In this document: positions 31,001 to 40,513 of the stretch, piece after piece
Layout: every line of letters begins with the position of its first letter
How positions within the stretch are numbered: the first letter of the stretch is position 1
NCBI GenBank assembly: GCA_016705245.1
Contig: JADIYM010000005.1
Location: forward strand, 139,069-203,068
Length of the DNA: 64,000 nt
Direction of reading: 5' to 3'
DNA from: Blastocatellia bacterium
GTDB taxonomy: Bacteria > Acidobacteriota > Blastocatellia > UBA7656 > JADIYM01
Program-made: the position numbers and the translations under genes
Notes under the pieces: generated by a model
Databases searched by the model: none
What the model was told of the DNA's origin: nothing
What the model saw: only the letters and a program-made list of their open reading frames with translations

Positions 31001-31705
31001 GATTCGACTGGCAAGTCCGACTACCACGCGCTTACGCTCGGCCTGAACAAGCGGTTCTCGCACGGCTACCAGTTCTCGGCGAGCTACACGTGGTCGCACG
31101 CGATCGACGACTCGACCGACCTGCAGACGCTGCTCGCGCCGCAGGACAACAACCGCCTCGATCTCGAGCGCGGCAACTCCTACTTCGACCAGCGCCATCG
31201 CTTCGTGTTCTCGGGCGTCTTCGCGAGCCCGTACACGTGGAAGGATGAGGGCTTCTGGAAGAAGTTCCTTGCCGACTTCACCTTCTCGCCGATCGTCGAG
31301 CTCTCGTCGGGTCGTCCGTTCAATGTCCACTCGGCCGCTGACACGAACTTCGACTTCTCGAGCCAGACCGATCGTCCGAACGTGGTCTCTCCGGGATCGT
31401 CGGCACCGGCCGGCGTCGACGTCTTCAACACTCCCGCAGGTACGTTCTACCTTCCGGGATCCGGCGAGACGGGCTCGCTCGGTCGCACGACCGGAACGCG
31501 CCCAGGCTACGCGAGCGTCGATTTCCGTCTCACGCGCCGAATCGAACTGAACGATCGAATCACACTCGAGCTCATCGGCGAGTGCTTCAACCTCTTCAAC
31601 CGCGTCAACATCATCGACGTGAACAACAACTACACGGTCGCCGGCACGCCGACGGCCGCTGCCGATCCCCGGCAGTTCCAGTTCAGGGCGAAGATCGCGT
31701 TCTGA
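28031..31705 (+). CDS. TonB-dependent outer-membrane receptor with an N-terminal carboxypeptidase-regulatory-like domain
   Basis: 1224 aa. Signal peptide; CarboxypepD_reg (GVVTDSQGGVVPGATVTLRNVDTNIERTVTTNADGRYTL); a long beta-barrel ending in a C-terminal Phe (...RAKIAF). This is the typical Acidobacteria-type large TBDT. Confidence 0.85.
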   Translation: MRLTASSLLRRSFAAAGLLMLASCLAFAQSGVATADLTGVVTDSQGGVVPGATVTLRNVDTNIERTVTTNADGRYTLSGVPPANYELTISAQGFKKLQTSGLQLTVGQSAELDLALEVALSGSDTEVTIVAGTELIETTRTSVASTVDRNEIENLPINGRSFLNFTLTSSTIVRDNSPSIGPAPTAGLNAGGQRARSNNVSIDGADNNDNSVNGVRGAVSQEAVQEFQLITNSYAPEFGRASGAVVNIITKSGSNDFHGNVFGFFRHRSFQARNAFAISDDPAYTRAQYGATFGGPIKKDRTFFFMAFEQSRRQETAFSVIARDPAIFNLTGDQTAFASNPNVFDAFGLTDAFLASLGLNQAALAPLTAPLTLLRGNAETGLTGAFGLTSFIAANGFGPNGAFFPSGAAIPRTYVPLAGYDPATGFPLNGEFPISDETTLFSVRVDHQFNSNNNFTARYNYVPNESRGNQSNAQNQVYGQNALSRTARNDSSDQAIAASNTTTFGDGSFINEARFQFAHRRVDFLPECGNNPDCTDFNASQVAVNINGVGYFGREPFAPVLRTEKRIQFSDNLSWLKGSHSFKFGGDYNHIPVEAIFQLNFGGVYNFGELPGSVFFQPGTSASNALTLITTGLAASLIGNGVPPDQAQAIARSVGFQMVASVPGLTAVQAYGLGVPQNLIQGFGDDTSKFSNNQIGFFAQDSWRIRPNFTFNYGVRYDVETPPEFPPLTDVCPTCGAAEEALNIQQGFPSDKNNWQPRIAIAWDPWSDGKTVIRAAYGLFYDHPLLAAAFNSNIADGAQAPQLVLDPGTAARVFQGIPIPGLPAGSQLLDQQRFDPAVYPGAFSPLLPFTLHIDRDFEYGYSQQANLTIEREIVENFSASAAYLWVRGLHLNRPRDRNTPDVDLLLRNRDRAVALGLVPPGTNPSTVAVFAPAQGVVPAALFNFFRPSGPNYGYGETIGIPAAQLAGIASSLGLPLGPGVYVPFGPVIAQDSTGKSDYHALTLGLNKRFSHGYQFSASYTWSHAIDDSTDLQTLLAPQDNNRLDLERGNSYFDQRHRFVFSGVFASPYTWKDEGFWKKFLADFTFSPIVELSSGRPFNVHSAADTNFDFSSQTDRPNVVSPGSSAPAGVDVFNTPAGTFYLPGSGETGSLGRTTGTRPGYASVDFRLTRRIELNDRITLELIGECFNLFNRVNIIDVNNNYTVAGTPTAAADPRQFQFRAKIAF

Positions 31706-31851
31706 TCTCGTCACGCGTCCGATTCCCGAGGCCGCGCCGGTTGACCCATTTGGGCATTCGGCGCGGCCTCGGCCGTTGACGCAACGACTCGCCGCTCGGC
31801 AACATCAGACCAGCGCCAACGGATGATGTTCCGAAATCGAGAGGTGGAGCC

Positions 31852-32823
31852 GTGATGGGACGTATTGCGGCGGCCGCGATGGCCGCGACCCTGGTCTTCA
31901 GCGCCGTGACGGCGTTTGGTCAGAACAGCACTCCGGAATGGGAAGCCGCTGTCGCAGCGTACAAGCAGCAGCGATTCCGGCAGGCGATATCCGACTTTCA
32001 GTACGTCGTCGAGTCGCACCCCGAGTTCCCTGAGACATACTTCTTTGTCGGACTGTCGCACTTCCGGCTCAAGGAGTACGGCAAGTCGATCGTTTCCCTC
32101 ACGAAGTACGTGAATCTGTCAGAGAAGGCGAAGACCAAGATCGATCCCGGCGCTCGCGCCGCGATCGGAAGGGCGTACCTGTTCACGGACAATCCGCAGA
32201 AGGCGGTGACCGCCCTCACGATCGCGACCCAGCAGATCGCGGACGACGCGGTGAACTTCTACTACCTCGGCGTCGCGTACCAGAAGCTCAAGGAGACCGA
32301 CAAGGCGATCGCAGCATACAGCGGTGCTTTGAAGATCAACGCGAAGGACACGTTCACGCTCGATGCACTGACGCGGCTGCTGATTGCCAAGGCCGTGCAG
32401 ACCCAGGCGCCGCCGGACTTTCAGGCGGCGATTGCCCGAGGCGAACAGCTCCGCCTCGTGAGAGACGATGCGGCAACCGCGATGCTGCTCGGAAGCGCCT
32501 ACCTCAACGCCGGCGAGTTCGCGAAGGCGTCAGTGCATTTCGGCAAGGCGACGACGGCGACGCCGAAGGACCCGGTGGCGTGGTTCAATTACGGGCTCTC
32601 GCTGTCGCGGTCGGATCAGTTTGCGAAGGCCGAGCCGGCGTTGCTGAAGGCGGTCGAGATCGACGGCAACAATGCCGACGTGCTCACCGAGCTCGGATAC
32701 GTGCAGGAGTCGCTGAAGAAATACGCCGAAGCGCAGACGGCTTACGAGAAGGCTCATGGCATTCGGCCGAGCCCGCAGCTCCAGGAATCGATCGACCGCT
32801 GCAAGCTGGTGACGGGCGGATAA
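31852..32823 (+). CDS. Secreted TPR-repeat protein
   Basis: Signal peptide followed by multiple TPR-like A/Y/L periodic motifs. Confidence 0.7.
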   Translation: MMGRIAAAAMAATLVFSAVTAFGQNSTPEWEAAVAAYKQQRFRQAISDFQYVVESHPEFPETYFFVGLSHFRLKEYGKSIVSLTKYVNLSEKAKTKIDPGARAAIGRAYLFTDNPQKAVTALTIATQQIADDAVNFYYLGVAYQKLKETDKAIAAYSGALKINAKDTFTLDALTRLLIAKAVQTQAPPDFQAAIARGEQLRLVRDDAATAMLLGSAYLNAGEFAKASVHFGKATTATPKDPVAWFNYGLSLSRSDQFAKAEPALLKAVEIDGNNADVLTELGYVQESLKKYAEAQTAYEKAHGIRPSPQLQESIDRCKLVTGG

Positions 32824-32837
32824 GAAGACGTCGCCGT

Positions 32838-32955
32838 ACAGAGGAAGAGCTTCGCGCACAGAGGCACGGAGACGTAGAGCCACAGAGTCTGAGGGCAAAT
32901 TCGCCTCTATGCCTTTGTGTCTCCGTGCCTCCGTGCGCGAAGCTCTTCCTCTGCA
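32838..32955. repeat. Palindromic heptamer-array repeat, family A, with arms in flipped order
   Basis: gaggaagagcttcgcgcacagaggcacggagacgtagagccacagag...ctctatgcctttgtgtctccgtgcctccgtgcgcgaagctcttcctc. Confidence 0.8.
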
Positions 32956-33093
32956 CGGCGACGCCTTTTTCCTCACCCTCCCACAGGTCACCGCAACTCT
33001 CCGAACATTCCCGGGAACCGATTCCACCTCCTCGCGTCTCTACCCCCAACGCGCCACCAAGCGCCACCGACGACCGACCGAGGAGACCCGCCA

Positions 33094-33860
33094 TGACCGA
33101 TCCGAACCGCCTGCTCAACGACATCCGCATTGCGACGCCTTGCACGGCAAATTGGGACCAGATGACCGGAACCGACACAGTTCGCTTCTGCGGCGAGTGC
33201 AAGCTCAACGTCTACAACATCTCGGGAATGCAGGCGAAGGAAGCGGCCAGGCTCGTCGAGAGCGCCGAAGGACGACTCTGCGTGCGGCTCTACAAGAAGA
33301 CCGATGGCACCGTGCTCACGCAGAACTGCCCGGTCGGCGTTCGCGCCGCGATGCGCCGTGCGACGCGCGCGGCCGGCGCCGCACTCACGGCCGCACTCGG
33401 AATTTTCGCGGTCTTCTCCGTGCGATCTGCCGCGGCAGGTGATGGGCAGCAATGCGAAAAGCCGAATCCGACTGTGCCGCAAGTGCTTCAGGGAGGCTTC
33501 GCACCGCCTCGGCAGCATCAGGTCAAGATGGGCAAGATCGCACTTCCGAGACGTCGAGGCGAGTCCGTGCTCGTCAACGTCCGCGACGAGAGCGGGATCA
33601 AACTCATCGGCGCCGAGGTCGTCCTCACGAATCCGGAGACAGGCGAAGCCGTTATTGCCGACCAGGAGGCACCGGGGCTCTATCGCTTCGACGGCGTCGA
33701 GCCCGGCGTCTACACGATCTCGGTCACCGCCAATGGTTTCACGAATCCCCTGCCGCGCTCGCTGCGCGTCCGCGCGGGGAAGCAGGCCAGCGTCGCGTTC
33801 ACGCTCGAGTCGGGCGAAGTGCGCGTGCTCCTCGGAGAAATGGTCGCTCCCCAGCGCTGA
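33094..33860 (+). CDS. Hypothetical protein with an N-terminal Cys-rich (zinc-ribbon-like) region and a C-terminal carboxypeptidase-regulatory-like domain
   Basis: Start MTDPNRLLNDIRIATPCTANWDQM...CGECKLNVY; C-terminus ...LYRFDGVEPGVYTISVTANGFTN... The track ORF 32580.. has an artefactual N-extension through repeat A7. Confidence 0.6.
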
Positions 33861-33904
33861 ACCGGACTCCGGGCTGCGGGGCGACGCGCCGCGGACGACG
33901 CCGG

Positions 33905-35008
33905 TTAGGCCGGCTCGTCAGCGGCGCAGTAGGTATCGCACGCCCACTCCTGCTCCGAGAGCGCTTCGACCGCGCTCGCCGATCCGGCCACCGCCGCCGC
34001 TTCGACGACGCGCTCATCGGTGAAGTAGGACTCGACGCGTTCGAGCAGCTCCGGGATCGACTGCGATCGCAGCAGGCTCTGGCGGAAGTCCGCACCGCCG
34101 GGCAGTCCCTTGGTGAAATAGTTGCAAAGCTGCTTCAGCTTGCCTGGGATCGCCTTGTCGGGCAGATCGTCGCGAATCAATTCGTAGTAACGAAGGATGA
34201 CGCGGTACTTCTCGTCGAGCGATGGCACTGGCACTGTCTCACGTCGCTGCAGCGCCTGTGCCTCGCGGAAGATGAACGGATTCGCGATGGCGCCGCGACC
34301 GATCATCACGCCGTCGACGCCCGTCTCGTCGAGCCGCGCGAGCGCGCCCTCCGGAGTCACGACGTCGCCTGAGCCGACGACCGGAATGGAGACGGCCTGC
34401 TTCACCTCGGCGATGCGATTCCAGTCCGACGAGCCCTTGTAGCCCTGCTCCTTCGTCCGTCCGTGGACGGCGATCATCTGGCCTCCGCAATCCTCGATGA
34501 GCTTTGCGACCTCGACGCAGTTGACGAGATTGTCGTTCCAGCCACTGCGGATCTTGACCGTCATCGGTATGGAGATCGACCGGCGGATTCCCTTCAGGAT
34601 CTTCTCCAGCTGGGGGAGATCCTTCAAGAGGTTCGAGCCGCCGCCGCCCTTGATGACCTTCTTCGCTGGACAGCCGCAGTTGACGTCGAGAATGTCAGCG
34701 CCGACCTCCTCCACGACCTCGGCCGCCTGCCTCATTCGTTCGTCGTCGTAGCCGAAGATCTGGATCGAGATCGGGCGCTCCTCAGGGAGAAATCGCAGCA
34801 GTCGGTGCGTGCGCAGATTGCCGCGCGTCAGACCCTCGACGCTGACGAACTCCGTGACGATGAGCCCGACGCCGCCGAGCTCCTTGATGAGGCGACGGAA
34901 AGGCGAATCCGTCACGCCGGCCATTGGGGCGAGGATGAGATTCGGTTCGACCGGAACCCGGTCCGCAATTGAAAAGCCCGTCGTCATGCCAACCACGGAG
35001 CTTACCAT
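33905..35008 (-). CDS. dusB: tRNA-dihydrouridine synthase
   Basis: ...LILAPMAGVTDSPFRRL... FMN-binding TIM-barrel motifs. The start is placed approximately at the Met before VSSVVGMTTG. Confidence 0.85.
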   Translation of the reverse strand: MVSSVVGMTTGFSIADRVPVEPNLILAPMAGVTDSPFRRLIKELGGVGLIVTEFVSVEGLTRGNLRTHRLLRFLPEERPISIQIFGYDDERMRQAAEVVEEVGADILDVNCGCPAKKVIKGGGGSNLLKDLPQLEKILKGIRRSISIPMTVKIRSGWNDNLVNCVEVAKLIEDCGGQMIAVHGRTKEQGYKGSSDWNRIAEVKQAVSIPVVGSGDVVTPEGALARLDETGVDGVMIGRGAIANPFIFREAQALQRRETVPVPSLDEKYRVILRYYELIRDDLPDKAIPGKLKQLCNYFTKGLPGGADFRQSLLRSQSIPELLERVESYFTDERVVEAAAVAGSASAVEALSEQEWACDTYCAADEPA

Positions 35009-35133
35009 GCTCAGGACGTGACCCGTTGACGCTTCGCTGACCGGTCCCGTAGAGTGGCGTCCCGTTCGCGCTCCCTTTCCCACCTGCTCGAGACGCGAAC
35101 ACGAATCTCCAGGATCACGAAGAAGGGCACACC

Positions 35134-36075
35134 ATGGCGATTGAGGTCGGCGGCGTCGAAGTCGGAGAGAAGATCTGGCACAACGGAGAGATCAAGGCGT
35201 GGGGGGACGCGAATATCCACGTCATGTCGCACGTCGTGCACTACGGATCGTCCCTTTTCGAGGGCATCCGGTGTTACGCGACCGAACGCGGTCCGGCGAT
35301 CTTTCGACTCGGGGACCACGTCAGGCGGCTCATGGACTCGTGCCACATCTACCGGATGCCGGTGAAGTATTCGCGCGACGAGATCGTCGCGGCATGCCGT
35401 GACCTGGTGAAGATGAACGGGTTTCAGGCCTGCTACATTCGTCCGATCGTCTTTCGAGGGTTCGGCACGTTTGGCGTGAATCCGTTCCCGGCACCGGTCG
35501 AGACCTATATCGCGACGTGGGCGTGGGGGAAGTACCTCGGCGACGAGGCACTCGAACAGGGTGTGGACACGTGTGTCTCCAGCTGGGCGCGTCTGGCCCC
35601 GAACACGTTCCCGGCGATGGCCAAGTCCGGCGCGAACTACATGAATTCGCAGCTCATCAAGATGGAGGCGATCGTCAACGGATTCGTCGAGGGCATCGCG
35701 CTAGACGTGCAGGGATACGTCTCGGAGGGCAGCGGCGAGAACATCTTCGTGGTCAGGAACGGAAAGGTGTTCACGCCGCCGCTCCACGCCTCGATCCTGC
35801 CGGGGATCACCCGGGCGTCGATCATCACGCTCTGCAAGGACCTCGACATCCCGATCATCGAACGTGGCGTGCCGCGCGAGTTGCTCTACGTGGCGGACGA
35901 GGCTTTCTTCACGGGGACCGCTGCCGAGGTCACGCCGATCCGCTCGGTCGACCGCATCCAGATCGGGGAGGGGCGGCGCGGACCGATCACCGAACGGCTG
36001 CAGAAGGCGTTTTTCGACGTCACGATGGGCCGGAGCGAGGACACGCACGGCTGGCTGACGCCGGTCGGGGATTGA
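35134..36075 (+). CDS. ilvE: Branched-chain amino acid aminotransferase
   Basis: 313 aa; class IV PLP aminotransferase motifs (…EGIRCY…, …GTAAEV…). Confidence 0.9.
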   Translation: MAIEVGGVEVGEKIWHNGEIKAWGDANIHVMSHVVHYGSSLFEGIRCYATERGPAIFRLGDHVRRLMDSCHIYRMPVKYSRDEIVAACRDLVKMNGFQACYIRPIVFRGFGTFGVNPFPAPVETYIATWAWGKYLGDEALEQGVDTCVSSWARLAPNTFPAMAKSGANYMNSQLIKMEAIVNGFVEGIALDVQGYVSEGSGENIFVVRNGKVFTPPLHASILPGITRASIITLCKDLDIPIIERGVPRELLYVADEAFFTGTAAEVTPIRSVDRIQIGEGRRGPITERLQKAFFDVTMGRSEDTHGWLTPVGD

Positions 36076-36085
36076 GGCGAGCGAA

Positions 36086-36192
36086 ACCTGGCTCTTGCCT
36101 CTGTGCCTCTCTGTGGCTCTGTGTGCGAAGCTCTGCCCCGTCAGAGGGAGAGCTTCGCACACAGAGGCACAGGGGCACGGAGCCACAGAGCG
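36086..36192. repeat. Palindromic heptamer-array repeat, family A
   Basis: tgcctctgtgcctctctgtggctctgtgtgcgaagctctgccccgtcagagggagagcttcgcacacagaggcacaggggcacggagccacagag. Confidence 0.85.
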
Positions 36193-36256
36193 TTTTGACA
36201 CTCGAGCCAGCGCTCTGCTACGGTGCCTGTTTGTGTCTGCGGTGAACTTCTGACCC

Positions 36257-37245
36257 ATGCTGAACCGACGAACCCTGTGTGCCGGGATGCTTGCCATCGT
36301 AGCGCTCACGTCGGCATGCGTGCGGAGCGTGAAGGTCCCGCGCCAACTCGCCGTCGACCCGCCGGCTACGACTGCGCAATTGCTCGGCCGCCTGAAGCTG
36401 TTCACCGACGTCAGCCGTATCCAGGCCGTTGCAACCCTTCGCTTCCGCGATCTGCGTGACGCCGGCATCGGGCGGAACAAGGAGTACCGGGCGCTGATGG
36501 CACTCTCGTCCTGTCCCGGCCGGCGAACATCCGCCTTCTGATCAAGGCGCCGTTCGTCGGAAAACGTGTAGCCGACATGGTCTCGGACGGGACAAAATTC
36601 ACGGTGAAGGTGCTCTACCCCGAAGACAAGCGCAAGTACCTCATCGGCACGAACGCGGGACGTTATCGACGAGTCGAGTCGGGCATGCAGACCGCGGATC
36701 CTGCCCTCCAGCGCGCCGGGGCGCTCGCGAACATCCGGCCACAACATCTGACGGCGGCCTTCTTGATGGCACCGCTCGATCTCGAGACGGCGGATGGCGT
36801 CTACGTGCTCGACGAAGAGCGCCGGCTCGAGCCAGGTCTCAAGAAGGACGAGCAGGTCATTCGGACCTTCTACGTTCTCACGCTGCTCGAGCGGACCGGG
36901 AACGGGGCCGAGGCGCACGTCGTCAGGCGGCTCTGGTTCGACCGGTGCAAGACCGGCACGCCGCTTGCACGTCAGGATCTATATGAGGATGGCCGAGTCG
37001 CGACAACGATTCGATATGAAGGTACGATCCGATCCGAGGACGGGCGTCCGTGGGTCGATCGTGTCGCCATCGAGCGCGTCGACGATCTCTACGCGGTTGA
37101 CGTTCTCTTTGCGGAAGGTGCACTTACGCTCGACGGCGAGGTCCCGGACGAAGCGTTTACTCTCGGCAACGACGAGAACCTCGAGGTGATCGATCTCGAC
37201 AAGCGGGCGGATCTGCTCGAACCAGCCGCCGCAACGCGTCCCTGA
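36257..37245 (+). CDS. LolA/LolB-like outer-membrane lipoprotein-sorting family protein (DUF4292-like); apparent frameshift near 36520
   Basis: Lipoprotein signal MLNRRTLCAGMLAIVALTSAC. After the shift the frame continues with ...RPANIRLLIKAPFVGKRVADMVSDGTKFTVKVLYPEDK... Confidence 0.6.
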
Positions 37246-37269
37246 CGGGACGCCATCGGATTCCGACAC

Positions 37270-38406
37270 ATGGACAGTCTCGTCTTCGAAAACGTACGTC
37301 ATCGCCCGCTCCGGACGATCATCAGCCTGTCGGGTGTCGCAATCGGCGTCGTCCTCACGGTTCTGACGGTCGGTCTCGCCCACGGCATGCTCCGCAACAC
37401 CGCGGAACGGCAGGCAAACGTCTCGGCCGAGATCATGTTCTATGCCGCGGGCGATTTCTCGCCAGCGACCGGGCAGGCGCTCGGCCTCGACACGCTCTAC
37501 AAGACCGCTATTCTCGAAGGCACGTCGCGCGTTCAGCCGATTGCCGGCGTCGCGGAAGTGTCTCCGGTCGCCCAGTATCTTCAGACGAGCGTGAGCGGCG
37601 TTGGCTTCGAGATCGTCGAAGGTGTGGATTTCGCGTCCTACTCGAATGTCACGGATCTGAAGATCGTGGACGGGCGTTTCGCCGTTGGCGACGAAGCGGT
37701 GGTCGACCGGCGTTACGCGCGCGACAAGAAGGACATCAACGGACAGCCGATCGCCATCGGATCGAAGATTCTGCTCTTCGGGCGCCCCGTCCCGGTCGTC
37801 GGCATCTACGAGCCGGAAATCGGAGCGCGACTGAAGCTGCCTCTCGACACGTTGCAGCGACTCGTCGTCAACGGCGCCGAAAAGTGCTCGTTGCTGCTCA
37901 TAAAGGTCAAGAATCCGGCGGAGCAGGACCAGGTTGCCGCGGCTCTTCGGGCGACCTATCCGTCGAATCGGATCGTCATGTCGCGCGATCTGCCGAGCAT
38001 CGTGTCTGGATCGATCGGCTCGCTCGAGGTTTTCCTTAAAGTTGTCGTGCGCCTGGCGGCGGTCGTGTCGACGCTCGTCATTCTGCTGGCGATGTACACG
38101 ACGATCATCGAGCGGACGCGCGAGATCGGCGTCCTCAAGAGTCTCGGCGCGTCGAAGACCTTCATCGTCGTCACGATCGTGAAGGAAGCACTGCTCATCG
38201 CCGTCCTCGGAATCCTGGTGGGGGCCGCGGTATCGGTACTTGGCAAGTTCGGCGTCGAAGCAGCGACGTCCCTTCACGTCGACGTCGAGCTCAAGTGGCT
38301 TGCGATTGCGGCGGTCATCGGACTCGTGAGCTCGGTTGCCGGAGCGCTCTATCCGGCGATTCGCGCGGCGTATCAGGATCCGGTGAAGGCACTCAGCTAC
38401 GAGTAG
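37270..38406 (+). CDS. ABC transporter permease, FtsX-like (MacB/LolE type)
   Basis: 378 aa; N-terminal TM, a large periplasmic domain and a C-terminal 3-TM FtsX domain. Confidence 0.85.
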   Translation: MDSLVFENVRHRPLRTIISLSGVAIGVVLTVLTVGLAHGMLRNTAERQANVSAEIMFYAAGDFSPATGQALGLDTLYKTAILEGTSRVQPIAGVAEVSPVAQYLQTSVSGVGFEIVEGVDFASYSNVTDLKIVDGRFAVGDEAVVDRRYARDKKDINGQPIAIGSKILLFGRPVPVVGIYEPEIGARLKLPLDTLQRLVVNGAEKCSLLLIKVKNPAEQDQVAAALRATYPSNRIVMSRDLPSIVSGSIGSLEVFLKVVVRLAAVVSTLVILLAMYTTIIERTREIGVLKSLGASKTFIVVTIVKEALLIAVLGILVGAAVSVLGKFGVEAATSLHVDVELKWLAIAAVIGLVSSVAGALYPAIRAAYQDPVKALSYE

Positions 38407-38476
38407 CGCTTTGCGAGAGCGGCTCGATGGGCGAAACTGTTGGATTGGAAACGAGTTGGTGGAACGGCAACACGGA

Positions 38477-39208
38477 ATGAGCACGATTCTCCAGACGATC
38501 GACCTGCGAATGACTTACCACGTTGGCAAGATGGACGTGCACGCGCTGCGCGGACTGTCGCTCGAGGTCGAACGGGGCGAGTTTCTGGCCATCATGGGCC
38601 CGTCCGGCTGCGGCAAGTCGACGTTGCTTCACCTTTGCGGTGGTCTGCTGACCCCGACGGAAGGCAAGGTGCTCGTTGACGGTGAAGAGATCACGGCAAG
38701 CTCGGATGCGCGGCGCACCGACGTCCGGCGCCGCAAGATCGGCTTCGTCTTCCAGAAGTTCAACCTCTTCCCGACGCTGACGGCTGAGGGGAACCTGAAA
38801 CTAGCCGAACGGATCTTCGGAAAGGGATCCGGCAATGGTGAGCGCCGGCGCGAGGTGTTGAGCCTGCTCAAGCTCGAAAGCAAGATGCGCCACAAGCCGC
38901 TGGAGCTTTCTGGAGGCGAGCAGCAGCGTGTCGCGATCGCGCGAGCGCTCGTCAATGAGCCGGCGCTGATTCTCGCCGACGAGCCGACGGGAAACCTCGA
39001 CTCGGAGAACTCCGAAATAGTGCTGTCGATGCTTCGGGACCTCAACAAGAAGACGAACCAGACGATCGTGATGATCACGCACAATCCGGAGGCCGCGCAA
39101 TACGCGGACCGGATCATCCACATGCGGGACGGTCACGTGGTGTCCGAGGAGCGGCCGGTCGCGCCGCCGGTTCCCGAAGGAACGGAGCTGGAGGGGGTAC
39201 ACTCGTGA
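38477..39208 (+). CDS. ABC transporter ATP-binding protein (LolD/MacB-type ATPase)
   Basis: Walker [10 protein letters not shown], signature [15 protein letters not shown], Walker [12 protein letters not shown]. Confidence 0.9.
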   Translation: MSTILQTIDLRMTYHVGKMDVHALRGLSLEVERGEFLAIMGPSGCGKSTLLHLCGGLLTPTEGKVLVDGEEITASSDARRTDVRRRKIGFVFQKFNLFPTLTAEGNLKLAERIFGKGSGNGERRREVLSLLKLESKMRHKPLELSGGEQQRVAIARALVNEPALILADEPTGNLDSENSEIVLSMLRDLNKKTNQTIVMITHNPEAAQYADRIIHMRDGHVVSEERPVAPPVPEGTELEGVHS

Positions 39209-39525
39209 ACCTCTTCGTCATCCTCAAAAAGATCTGGTACTGGTCGTATCCGCGGGAAACGTGGCAATACGACGTAATGTGTGTGGCAATTCTGGCCTTC
39301 ATCTTCCTGGTGCCGGCAAGGGTCTTCGACGACCCGGAGGCACGCCCAAGGTGGGAGGGATCGCTCAAGGAAACGCGGATCACTGCCGATACCATCAAAG
39401 ATGACACGGTCGAGAGTCTGTCAGCCGCGGCCGGCGGCGGGACGGTCCACCGCGTAGAGGTTTTGCGGTCCGCGGACGGCAAAGTGCAGGCCTATCGGGT
39501 CTGGACGTTGCCGGACGGGAATTAA
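39205..39525 (+). CDS. Small hypothetical membrane protein
   Basis: 106 aa with one hydrophobic helix ([13 protein letters not shown]). Its start overlaps the ATPase stop by 4 bp. Confidence 0.5.
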   Translation: MNLFVILKKIWYWSYPRETWQYDVMCVAILAFIFLVPARVFDDPEARPRWEGSLKETRITADTIKDDTVESLSAAAGGGTVHRVEVLRSADGKVQAYRVWTLPDGN

Positions 39526-39599
39526 AGAAGATTTTCACAACATATCTCAGGCGAGGATCGTTGCTATACTTGCCTTGAAGACAGGAACGGGAGTGTAAG

Positions 39600-40295
39600 T
39601 TGTTCATGCAGAAAGTCATTCTATCCATTGCAGTTGCTGCCATCGTTGCGGCGCTTGGCCTCGCCGGGAGTCCGGCTGAGGCGCAGGTCATGCCTCCGGT
39701 GCTCCTCAAACTCGAGCAGGCGGGGAAGAATCTGAAGTCGTTGCAGGCAGGGATCTCGCAGCAGAAGCAGGATCGGGTTCTCGGCGTGAAGGAGAATTCG
39801 ACGGGGTCGCTGCTCTACAAGGCCGGCGCGGCCGGCACAGAGCGCGTGCTGCTGACCTACACGTCGCCGATTCCGGAAACGGTCTCGGTCGTCGGCGAAA
39901 AGGTGACGATCTACCAGCCGAAGTTGAATCAGCTGTTCGTGACGAGCCGAAAGGCCGGCGTGAACAAGAATCGGTCGCTCGGATTCCTCGGGTTGGCGTA
40001 TTCCGACGCGGCGCAGCAGCTTCGCGACCGGTACACGATCACGCTGCTTGGCGAGGACATGGTCAACGGGCAGATGGCGAGGCCGATCCAGCTGGACCCG
40101 AAGGACACGTCAGACGGCGTTCAGGGGATCATCCTGTGGGTCGACCACAAGACGTGGCTTCCGGTGAAGTACTTCGTGACCGAGAAGAGCTCGAAAACGA
40201 CGATCACGCTGACGGCCCTGCAGCCGAACGTGACGCTCGGGGACGAGAAGTTCGTGATTCCGGTGCCGAAGGACGTCAAGGTCGTAAACGGGTAG
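39600..40295 (+). CDS. LolA-like outer-membrane lipoprotein carrier protein
   Basis: Signal peptide plus the LolA fold motifs (...GSLLYKAG...TYTSP...VTIYQPKLNQ...). Confidence 0.7.
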   Translation: MFMQKVILSIAVAAIVAALGLAGSPAEAQVMPPVLLKLEQAGKNLKSLQAGISQQKQDRVLGVKENSTGSLLYKAGAAGTERVLLTYTSPIPETVSVVGEKVTIYQPKLNQLFVTSRKAGVNKNRSLGFLGLAYSDAAQQLRDRYTITLLGEDMVNGQMARPIQLDPKDTSDGVQGIILWVDHKTWLPVKYFVTEKSSKTTITLTALQPNVTLGDEKFVIPVPKDVKVVNG

Positions 40296-40309
40296 ACCGG
40301 CACGACGAA

Positions 40310-40420
40310 GAGTTTCTCGCAAAGACGCAAAGGGAAGACGCAAAGACGCAGAGTCCAGAAGTATTGGGCTCTGCGTCTTTGCGTCTTCCCTTTGCGTCTT
40401 TGCGAGAAACTGGGTCCTTC
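40310..40420. repeat. Palindromic heptamer-array repeat, family B (CGCAAAG/CTTTGCG arrays flanking GCGAGAAAC...)
   Basis: gtttctcgcaaagacgcaaagggaagacgcaaagacgcagag...ctctgcgtctttgcgtcttccctttgcgtctttgcgagaaac. Confidence 0.9.
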
Positions 40421-40513
40421 GACACGGCGGCGTAGAGCGGTGACGCTGCACCTGAGTTTGACGACCTCCAACGCGCTGCGACATGATCCGCAGTTCGACT
40501 GGAACCACGAGGA

